From: Eledone cirrhosa
Lineage: Eukaryota
DNA length: 64,000 nucleotides
Reading direction: 5' to 3'
Assembly (NCBI GenBank): GCA_964016885.1
Contig: OZ024743.1
Coordinates: 95,914,001-95,978,000, forward strand
Shown here: piece after piece, positions 1 to 12,000 of the stretch
How the letters are laid out: each line of letters starts with the position of its first letter
Numbering within the stretch: the first letter of the stretch is position 1
The notes under the pieces: generated by a model
What the model was told of the DNA's origin: nothing
The model's input: only the letters and a program-made list of their open reading frames with translations
The model's database searches: none
Program-made: the position numbers and the translations under genes

Positions 1-3000
1 AAGGAATGGATAGGTGTAGGAAGAGATAGAGAAGGAAGGAATGGAAAGGCGTAGGAAGAGATAGAGAAGGAGGAATAGAAAGGCGTAGGAAGAGATAGAG
101 AAGGAAGGAATGGAAAGGCGTAGGATGAGATAGAGAAGGAGGAATAGAAAGGCGTAGGAAGAGATAGAGAAGGAAGGAATGGAAAGGTGTAGGAAGAGTT
201 AGAGAAGGAAGGAATGGAAAGGCGTAGGAAGAGATAGAGAAGGAAGGAATGGAAAGGTGTAGGAAAAGATAGAGAAGGAGGAATAGAAAGGCGTAGGAAG
301 AGATAGAGAAGGAAGGAATAGAAAGGCGTAGGAAGAGATAGAGAAGGAAGGAATAGAACAGTGTAGGAAGAGATAGAGAAGGAAGGAATAGAAAGGCGTA
401 GGAAGAGATAGAGAAGGAAGGAATGGAAAGGCGAAGGAAGAGATAGAGAAGGAAGGAATAGAAAGGCGTAGGAAGAGATAGAGAAGCAAGGAATGGAAAG
501 GCTTAGGAAGAGATAGAGAAGGAAGGAATAGAAAGGCGTAGGAAGAGATAGAGAAGGAAGGAATGGAAAGGTGTAGGAAGAGATAGAGAAGGAAGGAATA
601 GAAAGGTGTAGGAAGAGATAGAGAAGGAAGGAATGGAAAGGCTTAGGAAGAGATAGAGAAGGAAGGAATAGAAAGGTGTTGGAAGAGATAGAGAAGGAAG
701 GAATGGAAAGGCGTAGAAAGAGATAGAGAAGGAGGAATAGAAAGGCGTAGGAAGAGATAGTGAAGGAAGGAATGGTAAGGTGTAGGAAGAGTTAGAGAAG
801 GAAGGAATGGAAAGGCGTAGTAAAAGATATAGAAGGAAGGAATAGAAAGGCGTAGGAAGAGATACAGAAGGAAGTAATAGAAAGGCGTAGGAAGAGATAG
901 AGAAGGAAAGAATAGAACAGCGTAGGAAGAGATAGAGAAGGAAGGAAGAGAAAGGCGTAGGAAGAGATAGAGAAGGAAGGAATAGAAATGTGTAGGAAGA
1001 GATAGAGAAGGAAGGAATGGAAAGGCGTAGGAAGAGATAGAAAAGGAAGGAATGGAAAGGTGTAGGAAGAGATAGAGAAGGAAGGAATGGAAAGGCGTAG
1101 GAAGAGATAGAAAAGGAAGGAATGGAAAGGCTTAGGAAGAGATAGAGAAGGAAGGAATGGAAAGGTGTAGGAAGAGTTAGAGAAGGAAGGAATGGAAAGG
1201 CGTAGGAAGAGATAGAGAAGGAAGGAATGGAAAGGCGTAGGAAAAGATAGAGAAGGAGGAATAGAAAGGCGTAGGAAGAGATAGAGAAGGAAGGAATAGA
1301 AAGGCGTAGGAAGAGATAGAGAAGGAAGGAATAGAACAGTGTAGGAAGAGATAGAGAAGGAAGGAATAGAAAGGCGAAGGAAGAGATAGAAAAGGAAGGA
1401 ATAGAAAGGTGTAGGAAGAGATAGAGAAGGAAGGAATGGAAAGGCGTAGGAAGAGATAGGGAAGGAGGAATAGAAAGGCGTAGGAAGAGATAGAGAAGCA
1501 AGGAATGGAAAGGCGTAGGAAGAGATAGAGAAGCAAGGAGTGGAAAGGCTTAGGAAGAGATAGAGAAGGAAGGAATAGAAAGGCGTAGGAAGAGATAGAG
1601 AAGCAAGGAGTGGAAAGGCTTAGGAAGAGATAGAGAAGGAAGGAATAGAAAGGCGTAGGAAGAGATAGAGAAGGAAGGAATGGAAAGGTGTAGGAAGAGA
1701 TAGAGAAGGAAGGAATAGAAAGGTGTAGGAAGAGATAGAGAAGGAAGGAATGGAAAGGCGTAGGAAGAGATAGAGAAGGCTGAATAGAAAGGCGTAGGAA
1801 GAGATGGTGAAGGAAGGAATGGAAAGGTGTAGGAAGAGTTAGAGAAGGAAGGAATGGAAAGGCGTAGGAAGAGATAGAGAAGGAAGGAATGGAAAGGCGT
1901 AGGAAGAGATAGAGAAGGAGGAATAGAAAGGCTTAGGAAGAGATAGAGAAGGAAGGAATGGAAAGGTGTAGGAAGAGTTAGAGAAGGAAGGAATGGAAAG
2001 GCGTAGGAAAAGATAGAGAAGGAAGGAATAGAAAGGCGTAGGAAGAGATAGAGAAGGAAGTACTAGAAAGGCGTAGGAAGAGATAGAGAAGGAAAGAATA
2101 GAACAGCGTAGGAAGAGATAGAGAAGGAAGGAATAGAAAGGCGTAGGAAGAGATAGAGAAGGAAGGAATAGAAAGGTGTAGGAAGAGATAGAGAAGGAAG
2201 GAATGGAAAGGCGTAGGAAGAGATAGAAAAGGAAGGAATGGAAAGGTGTAGGAAGAGATAGAGAAGGAAGGGATGGAAAGGTATAGGAAGAGTTAGAGAA
2301 GGAAGGAATGGAAAGGCGTAGGAAAAGCTAGAGAAGGAAGGAATAGAAAGGCGTAGGAAGAGATATAGAAGGAAGGAATATAAAGGCGTAGGAAGAGATA
2401 GAGAAGGAAAGAATAGAACAGCGTAGGAAGAGATAGAGAAGGAAGGAATAGAAAGGCGTAGGAAGAGATAGAGAAGGAAGGAATAGAAAGGTGTAGGAAG
2501 AGATAGAGAAGGAAGGAATGGAAAGGCGTAGGAAGAGATAGAAAAGGAAGGAATAGAAAGGTGTAGGAAGAGATAGAGAAGGAAGGAATGGAAAGGTGTA
2601 GGAAGAGATAGAGAAGGAAGGAATAGAAAGGTGTAGGAAGAGATAGAGAAGGAAGGAATGGAAAGGCTTAGGAAGAGATAGAGAAGGAAGGAATAGAAAG
2701 GTGTTGGAAGAGATAGAGAAGGAAGGAATGGAAAGGCGTAGAAAGAGATAGAGAAGGAGGAATAGAAAGGCGTAGGAAGAGATAGTGAAGGAAGGAATGG
2801 AAAGGTGTAGGAAGAGTTAGAGAAGGAAGGAATGGAAAGGCGTAGGAAAAGATAGAGAAGGAAGGAATAGAAAGGCGTAGGAAGAGATAGAGAAGGAAGT
2901 AATAGAAAGGCGTAGGAAGAGATAGAGAAGGAAAGAATAGAACAGCGTAGGAAGAGATAGAGAAGGAAGGAAGAGAAAGGCGTAGGAAGAGATAGAGAAG

Positions 3001-6000
3001 GAAGGAATAGAAATGTGTAGGAAGAGATAGAGAAGGTAGGAATGGAAAGGCGTAGGAAGAGATAGAAAAGGAAGGAATGGAAAGGTGTAGGAAGAGATAG
3101 AGAAGGAAGGAATGGAAAGGCGTAGGAAGAGATAGAAAAGGAAGGAATGGAAAGGCTTAGGAAGAGATAGAGAAGGAAGGAATGGAAAGGTGTAGGAAGA
3201 GTTAGAGAAGGAAGGAATGGAAAGGCGTAGGAAGAGATAGAGAAGGAAGGAATGGAAAGGCGTAGGAAAAGATAGAGAAGGAGGAATAGAAAGGCGTAGG
3301 AAGAGATAGAGAAGGAAGGAATAGAAAGGCGTAGGAAGAGATAGAGAAGGAAGGAATAGAACAGTGTAGGAAGAGATAGAGAAGGAAGGAATAGAAAGGC
3401 GAAGGAAGAGATAGAAAAGGAAGGAATAGAAAGGTGTAGGAAGAGATAGAGAAGGAAGGAATGGAAAGGCGTAGGAAGAGATAGGGAAGGAGGAATAGAA
3501 AGGCGTAGGAAGAGATAGAGAAGCAAGGAGTGGAAAGGCTTAGGAAGAGATAGAGAAGGAATGAATAGAAAGGCGTAGGAAGAGATAGAGAAGCAAGGAG
3601 TGGAAAGGCTTAGGAAGAGATAGAGAAGGAAGGAATAGAAAGGCGTAGGAAGAGATAGAGAAGGAAGGAATGGAAAGGTGTAGGAAGAGATAGAGAAGGA
3701 AGGAATAGAAAGGTGTAGGAAGAGAATAGAGAAGGAAGGAATGGAAAGGCTTAGGAAGAGCTAGAGAAGGAAGGAATAGAAAGGTGTAGGAAGAGATAGA
3801 GAAGGAAGGAATGGAAAGGCGTAGGAAGAGATAGAGAAGGCTTAATAGAAAGGCGTAGGAAGAGATGGTGAAGGAAGGAATGGAAAGGTGTAGGAAGAGT
3901 TAGAGAAGGAAGGAATGGAAAGGCGTAGGAAGAGATAGAGAAGGAAGGAATGGAAAGGCGTAGGAAGAGATAGAGAAGGAGGAATAGAAAGGCTTAGGAA
4001 GAGATAGAGAAGGAAGGAATGGAAAGGTGTAGGAAGAGTTAGAGAAGGAAGGAATGGAAAGGCGTAGGAAAAGATAGAGAAGGAAGGAATAGAAAGGCGT
4101 AGGAAGAGATAGAGAAGGAAGTACTAGAAAGGCGTAGGAAGAGATAGAGAAGGAAAGAATAGAACAGCGTAGGAAGAGATAGAGAAGGAAGGAATAGAAA
4201 GGCGTAGGAAGAGATAGAGAAGGAAGGAATAGAAAGGTGTAGGAAGAGATAGAGAAGGAAGGAATGGAAAGGCGTAGGAAGAGATAGAAAAGGAAGGAAT
4301 GGAAAGGTGTAGGAAGAGATAGAGAAGGAAGGGATGGAAAGGTATAGGAAGAGTTAGAGAAGGAAGGAATGGAAAGGCGTAGGAAAAGCTAGAGAAGGAA
4401 GGAATAGAAAGGCGTAGGAAGAGATATAGAAGGAAGGAATATAAAGGCGTAGGAAGAGATAGAGAAGGAAAGAATAGAACAGCGTAGGAAGAGATAGAGA
4501 AGGAAGGAATAGAAAGGCGTAGGAAGAGATAGAGAAGGAAGGAATAGAAAGGTGTAGGAAGAGATAGAGAAGGAAGGAATGGAAAGGCGTAGGAAGAGAT
4601 AGAAAAGGAAGGAATAGAAAGGTGTAGGAAGAGATAGAGAAGGAAGGTCTAGAAAGGCGTAGGAAGAGATAGAGAAGGAAGGAATAGAAAGGCGTAGGAA
4701 GAGATAGAGAAGGAGGAATAGAAAGGCGTAGGAAGAGATAGAGAGGAGGAATAGAAAGGCGTAGGAAGAGATAGAGAAGGAAGTAATAGAACTGCCTAGG
4801 AAGAGATAGAGAAGGAAGGAATAGGAAAACGTAGGAAGAGATATAGAAGGAATGAATGGAAAGGCATAGGAAGAGATAGAGAAGGAAGGAATGGAAAGGC
4901 GTAGGAAGTGATAGAGAAGGAAGGAATAGAAAGGCGTAGGAAGAGATAGAGAAGCAGGGAAGGGAAAGGCATAGGAAGAGATAGAGAAGGAAGGAATAGA
5001 AAGGTGTAGGAAGAGATAGAGAAGGAAGGAATGGAAAGGTGTAGGAAGAGATAGAGAAGGAAGGAATGGAAAGGCGTAGGAGGAGATAGAGAAGGAAGGA
5101 ATAGAAAGGCGTAGGAAGATATAGAGAAGGAAGGAATGGAAAGGCGTAGGAAGAGATAGAGAAGGAAGGAATGGAAAGGCATAGGAAGAGATAGAGAAGG
5201 AAGGAATAGAAAGGTGTAGGAAGAGATAGAGAAGGAAGGAATAGAAAGGCGTAGGAAGAGATAGAGGAGGAAGGAATGGAAAGGCGTAGGAAGAGATAGC
5301 GAAGGAAGGAATAGAAAGGGGTAGGAAGAGATAGAGAAGGAAGTAATGGAAAGGCGTAGGAAGAGATAGAGAAGGAAGGAATGGATAGGTGTAGGAAGAG
5401 ATAGAGAAGGAAGGAATGGAAAGGCGTAGGAAGAGATAGAGAAGGAGGAATAGAAAGGCGTAGGAAGAGATAGAGAAGGAAGGAATGGAAAGGCGTAGGA
5501 AGAGATAGCGAAGGAGGAATAGAAAGGCGTAGGAAGAGATAGAGAAGGAAGGAATGGAAAGGTGTAGGAAGAGTTAGAGAAGGAAGGAATGGAAAGGCGT
5601 AGGAAGAGATAGAGAAGGAAGGAATGGAAAGGCGTAGGAAGAGATAGAGAAGGAGGAATAGAAAGGCGTAGGAAGAGATAGAGAAGGAAGGAATGGAAAG
5701 GCGTAGGAAGAGATAGCGAAGGAGGAATAGAAAGGCGTAGGAAGAGATAGAGAAGGAAGGAATGGAAAGGCGTAGGAAAAGATAGAGAAGGAGGATTAGA
5801 AAGGCGTAGGAAGAGATAGAGAAGGAAGGAATAGAAAGGCGTAGGAAGAGATAGAGAAGGAAGGAATAGAACAGTGTAGGAAGAGATAGAGAAGGAAGGA
5901 ATAGAAAGGCGTAGGAAGAGATAGAGAAGGAAGGAATGGAAAGGCGAAGGAAGAGATAGAGAAGGAAGGAATAGAAAGGCGTAGGAAGAGATAGAGAAGC

Positions 6001-9000
6001 AAGGAATGGAAAGGCTTAGGAAGAGATAGAGAAGGAAGGAATAGAAAGGCGTAGGAAGAGATAGAGAAGGAAGGAATGGAAAGGTGTAGGAAGAGATAGA
6101 GAAGGAAGGAATAGAAAGGTGTAGGAAGAGATAGAGAAGGAAGGAATGGAAAGGCTTAGGAAGAGATAGAGAAGGAAGGAATAGAAAGGTGTTGGAAGAG
6201 ATAGAGAAGGAAGGAATGGAAAGGCGTAGGAAGAGATAGAGAAGGAGGAATAGAAAGGCGTAGGAAGAGATAGTGAAGGAAGGAATGGAAAGGTGTAGGA
6301 AGAGTTAGAGAAGGAAGGAATGGAAAGGCGTAGGAAAAGATAGAGAAGGAAGGAATAGAAAGGCGTAGGAAGAGATAGAGAAGGAAGTAATAGAAAGGCG
6401 TAGGAAGAGATAGAGAAGGAAAGAATAGAACAGCGTAGGAAGAGATAGAGAAGGAAGGAATAGAAAGGCGTAGGAAGAGATAGAGAAGGAAGAATAGAAA
6501 TGTGTAGGAAGAGATAGAGAAGGAAGGAATGGAAAGGCGTAGGAAGAGATAGAAAAGGAAGGAATGGAAAGGTGTAGGAAGAGATAGAGAAGGAAGGAAT
6601 GGAAAGGCGTAGGAAGAGATAGAAAAGGAAGGAATGGAAAGGCTTAGGAAGAGATAGAGAAGGAAGGAATGGAAAGGTGTAGGAAGAATTAGAGAAGGAA
6701 GGAATGGAAAGGCGTAGGAAGAGATAGAGAAGGAAGGAATGGAAAGGCGTAGGAAAAGATAGAGAAGGAAGGAATAGAAAGGCGTAGGAAGAGATAGAGA
6801 AGGAAGGAATAGAACAGTGTAGGAAGAGATAGAGAAGGAAGGAATAGAAAGGCGAAGGAAGAGATAGAAAAGGAAGGAATAGAAAGGTGTAGGAAGAGAT
6901 AAAGAAGGAAGGAATGGAAAGGCGTAGGAAGAGATAGGGAAGGAGGAATAGAAAGGCGTAGGAAGAGATAGAGAAGGAAGTAATAGAACTGCCTAGGAAG
7001 AGATAGAGAAGGAAGGAATAGGAAAACGTAGGAAGAGATATAGAAGGAATGAATGGAAAGGCATAGGAAGAGATAGAGAAGGAAGGAATGGAAAGGCGTA
7101 GGAAGTGATAGAGAAGGAAGGAATAGAAAGGCGTAGGAAGAGATAGAGAAGCAGGGAAGGGAAAGGCATAGGAAGAGATAGAGAAGGAAGGAATAGAAAG
7201 GTGTAGGAAGAGATAGAGAAGGAAGGAATGGAAAGGTGTAGGAAGAGATAGAGAAGGAAGGAATGGAAAGGCGTAGGAGGAGATAGAGAAGGAAGGAATA
7301 GAAAGGCGTAGGAAGATATAGAGAAGGAAGGAATGGAAAGGCGTAGGAAGAGATAGAGAAGGAAGGAATGGAAAGGCATAGGAAGAGATAGAGAAGGAAG
7401 GAATAGAAAGGTGTAGGAAGAGATAGAGAAGGAAGGAATAGAAAGGCGTAGGAAGAGATAGAGGAGGAAGGAATGGAAAGGCGTAGGAAGAGATAGCGAA
7501 GGAAGGAATAGAAAGGGGTAGGAAGAGATAGAGAAGGAAGTAATGGAAAGGCGTAGGAAGAGATAGAGAAGGAAGGAATGGATAGGTGTAGGAAGAGATA
7601 GAGAAGGAAGGAATGGAAAGGCGTAGGAAGAGATAGAGAAGGAGGAATAGAAAGGCGTAGGAAGAGATAGAGAAGGAAGGAATGGAAAGGCGTAGGAAGA
7701 GATAGAGAAGGAAGGAATGGAAAGGCGTAGGAAGAGATAGAGAAGGAGGAATAGAAAGGCGTAGGAAGAGATAGAGAAGGAAGGAATGGAAAGGTGTAGG
7801 AAGAGTTAGAGAAGGAAGGAATGGAAAGGCGTAGGAAAAGATAGAGAAGGAGGAATAGAAAGGCGTAGGAAGAGATAGAGAAGGAAGGAATAGAAAGGCG
7901 TAGGAAGAGATAGAGAAGGAAGGAATAGAACAGTGTAGGAAGAGATAGAGAAGGAAGGAATAGAAAGGCGTAGGAACAGATAGAGAAGGAAGGAATGGAA
8001 AGGCGAAGGAAGAGATAGAGAAGGAAGGAATAGAAAGGCGTAGGAAGAGATAGAGAAGCAAGGAATGGAAAGGCTTAGGAAGAGATAGAGAAGGAAGGAA
8101 TAGAAAGGCGTAGGAAGAGATAGAGAAGGAAGGAATGGAAAGGCGTAGGAAAAGATAGAGAAGGAGGAATAGAAAGGCGTAGGAAGAGATAGAGAAGGAA
8201 GGAATAGAAAGGCGTAGGAAGAGATAGAGAAGGAAGGAATAGAACAGTGTAGGAAGAGATAGAGAAGGAAGGAATAGAAAGGCGTAGGAACAGATAGAGA
8301 AGGAAGGAATGGAAAGGCGAAGGAAGAGATAGAGAAGGAAGGAATAGAAAGGCGTAGGAAGAGATAGAGAAGCAAGGAATGGAAAGGCTTAGGAAGAGAT
8401 AGAGAAGGAAGGAATAGAAAGGCGTAGGAAGAGATAGAGAAGGAAGGAATGGAAAGGTGTAGGAAGAGATAGAGAAGGAAGGAATAGAAAGGTGTAGGAA
8501 GAGATAGAGAAGGAAGGAATGGAAAGGCTTAGGAAGAGATAGAGAAGGAAGGAATAGAAAGGTGTTGGAAGAGATAGAGAAGGAAGGAATGGAAAGGCGT
8601 AGGAAGAGATAGAGAAGGAGGAATAGAAAGGCGTAGGAAGAGATAGTGAAGGAAGGAATGGAAAGGTGTAGGAAGAGTTAGAGAAGGAAGGAATGGAAAG
8701 GCGTAGGAAAAGATAGAGAAGGAAGGAATAGAAAGGCGTAGGAAGAGATAGAGAAGGAAGTAATAGAAAGGCGTAGGAAGAGATAGAGAAGGAAAGAATA
8801 GAACAGCGTAGGAAGAGATAGAGAAGGAAGGAATAGAAAGGCGTAGGAAGAGATAGAGAAGGAAGGAATAGAAATGTGTAGGAAGAGATAGAGAAGGAAG
8901 GAATGGAAAGGCGTAGGAAGAGATAGAAAAGGAAGGAATGGAAAGGTGTAGGAAGAGATAGAGAAGGAAGGAATGGAAAGGCGTAGGAAGAGATAGAAAA

Positions 9001-12000
9001 GGAAGGAATGGAAAGGCTTAGGAAGAGATAGAGAAGGAAGGAATGGAAAGGTGTAGGAAGAGTTAGAGAAGGAAGGAATGGAAAGGCGTAGGAAGAGATA
9101 GAGAAGGAAGGAATAGAAAGGCGTAGGAAGAGATAGAGAAGGAAGGAATAGAACAGTGTAGGAAGAGATAGAGAAGGAAGGAATAGAAAGGCGAAGGAAG
9201 AGATAGAAAAGGAAGGAATAGAAAGGTGTAGGAAGAGATAAAGAAGGAAGGAATGGAAAGGCGTAGGAAGAGATAGGGAAGGAGGAATAGAAAGGCGTAG
9301 GAAGAGATAGAGAAGCAAGGAATGGAAAGGCGTAGGAAGAGATAGAGAAGCAAGGAGTGGAAAGGCTTAGGAAGAGATAGAGAAGGAAGGAATAGAAAGG
9401 CGTAGGAAGAGATAGAGAAGCAAGGAGTGGAAAGGCTTAGGAAGAGATAGAGAAGGAAGGAATAGAAAGGCGTAGGAAGAGATAGAGAAGGAAGGAATGG
9501 AAAGGTGTAGGAAGAGATAGAGAAGGAAGGAATAGAAAGGTGTAGGAAGAGAATAGAGAAGGAAGGAATGGAAAGGCTTAGGAAGAGCTAGAGAAGGAAG
9601 GAATAGAAAGGTGTAGGAAGAGATAGAGAAGGAAGGAATGGAAAGGCGTAGGAAGAGATAGAGAAGGCTGAATAGAAATGCGTAGGAAGAGATGGTGAAG
9701 GAAGGAATGGAAAGGTGTAGGAAGAGTTAGAGAAGGAAGGAATGGAAAGGCGTAGGAAGAGATAGAGAAGGAAGGAATGGAAAGGCGTAGGAAGAGACAG
9801 AGAAGGAGGAATAGAAAGGCTTAGGAAGAGATAGAGAAGGAAGGAATGGAAAGGTGTAGGAAGAGTTAGAGAAGGAAGGAATGGAAAGGCGTAGGAAAAG
9901 ATAGAGAAGGAAGAAATAGAAAGGCGTAGGAAGAGATAGAGAAGGAAGTACTAGAAAGGCGTAGGAAGAGATAGAGAAGGAAAGAATAGAACAGCGTAGG
10001 AAGAGATAGAGAAGGAAGGAATAGAAAGGCGTAGGAAGAGATAGAGAAGGAAGGAATAGAAAGGTGTAGGAAGAGATAGAGAAGGAAGGAATGGAAAGGC
10101 GTAGGAAAAGATAGAAAAGGAAGGAATGGAAAGGTGTAGGAAGAGATAGAGAAGGAAGGAATGGAAAGGCTTAGGAAGAGATAGAGAAGGAAGGAATAGA
10201 AAGGTGTAGGAAGAGATAGAGAAGGAAGGTATAGAAAGGCGTAGGAAGAGATAGAGAAGGAAGGAATAGAAAGGCGTAGGAAGAGATAGAGAAGGAGGAA
10301 TAGAAAGGCGTAGGAAGAGATAGAGAAGGAGGAATAGAAAGGCGTAGGAAGAGATAGAGAAGGAAGGAATGGAAAGGCGTAGGATGTGATAGAGAAGGAA
10401 GTAATAGAACTGCCTAGGAAGAGATAGAGAAGGAAGGAATAGGAAAACGTAGGAAGAGATATAGAAGGAATGAATGGAAAGGCTTAGGAAGAGATAGAGA
10501 AGGAAGGAATAGAAAGGCGTAGGAAGAGATAGAGAAGCAAGGAATGGAAAGGCGTGGGAAGAGATAGAGAAGGAAGGAATGGAAAGGCGTAGGAAGAGAT
10601 AGAGAAGCAAGGAATGGAAAGGCGTAGGAAGAGATAGAGAAGGAAGGAATGGAAAGGCATAGGAAGAGATAGAGAAGGAAGGAATGGAAAGGCTTAGTTA
10701 GAGATAGAGAAGGAAGGAATAGAAAGGTGTAGGAAGAGATAGAGGAGGAAGGTATAGAAAGGCGTAGGAAGAGATAGAGAAGCAAGGAAGGGAAAGGCAT
10801 AGGAAGAGATAGAGAAGGAAGGAATAGAAAGGCGTAGGAAGAGATAGAGAAGGAAGGAATGGAAAGGTGTAGGAAGAGATAGAGAAGGAAGGAATAGAAA
10901 GGTGTAGGAAGAGATAGAGAAGGAAGGAATAGAAAGGCGTAGGAAGAGATAGAGAAGGAAGGAATAGAAAGGTGTAGGAAGAGATAGAGAAGGAAGGAAT
11001 AGAAAGGCGTAGGAAGAGATAGAGAAGGAAGGAATAGAAAGGTGTAGGAAGAGATAGAGAAGGAAGGAATAGAAAGGCGTAGGAAGAGATAGAGAAGGAA
11101 GGAATAGAAAGGTGTAGGAAGAGATAGAGAAGGAAGGAATAGAAAGGCGTAGGAAGAGATAGAGAAGGAAGGAATAGAAAGGCGTAGGAAGAGATAGAGA
11201 AGGAAGGAATAGAAAGGTGTAGGAAGAGATAGAGAAGGAAGGAATAGAAAGGCGTAGGAAGAGATAGAGAAGGAAGGAATAGAAAGGTGTAGGAAGAGAT
11301 AGAGAAGGAAGGAATAGAAAGGTGTAGGAAGAGATAGAGAAGGAAGGAATAGAAAGGCGTAGGAAGAGATAGAGAAGGAAGGAATAGAAAGGTGTAGGAA
11401 GAGATAGAGAAGGAAGGAATAGAAAGGCGTAGGAAGAGATAGAGAAGGAAGGAATAGAAAGGTGTAGGAAGAGATAGAGAAGGAAGGAATAGAAAGGCGT
11501 AGGAAGAGATAGAGAAGGAAGGAATAGAAAGGTGTAGGAAGAGATAGAGAAGGAAGGAATAGAAAGGCGTAGGAAGAGATAGAGAAGGAAGGAATAGAAA
11601 GGCGTAGGAAGAGATAGAGAAGGAAGGAATAGAAAGGTGTAGGAAGAGATAGAGAAGGAAGGAATAGAAAGGCGTAGGAAGAGATAGAGAAGGAAGGAAT
11701 AGAACAGTGTAGGAAGAGATAGAGAAGGAAGGAATAGAAAGGCGAAGGAAGAGATAGAAAAGGAAGGAATAGAAAGGTGTAGGAAGAGATAAAGAAGGAA
11801 GGAATGGAAAGGCGTAGGAAGAGATAGGGAAGGAGGAATAGAAAGGCGTAGGAAGAGATAGAGAAGGAAGGAATGGAAAGGTGTAGGAAGAGTTAGAGAA
11901 GGAAGGAATGGAAAGGCGTAGGAAGAGATAGAGAAGGAAGGAATAGAAAGGCGTAGGAAGAGATAGAGAAGGAAGGAATAGAACAGTGTAGGAAGAGATA

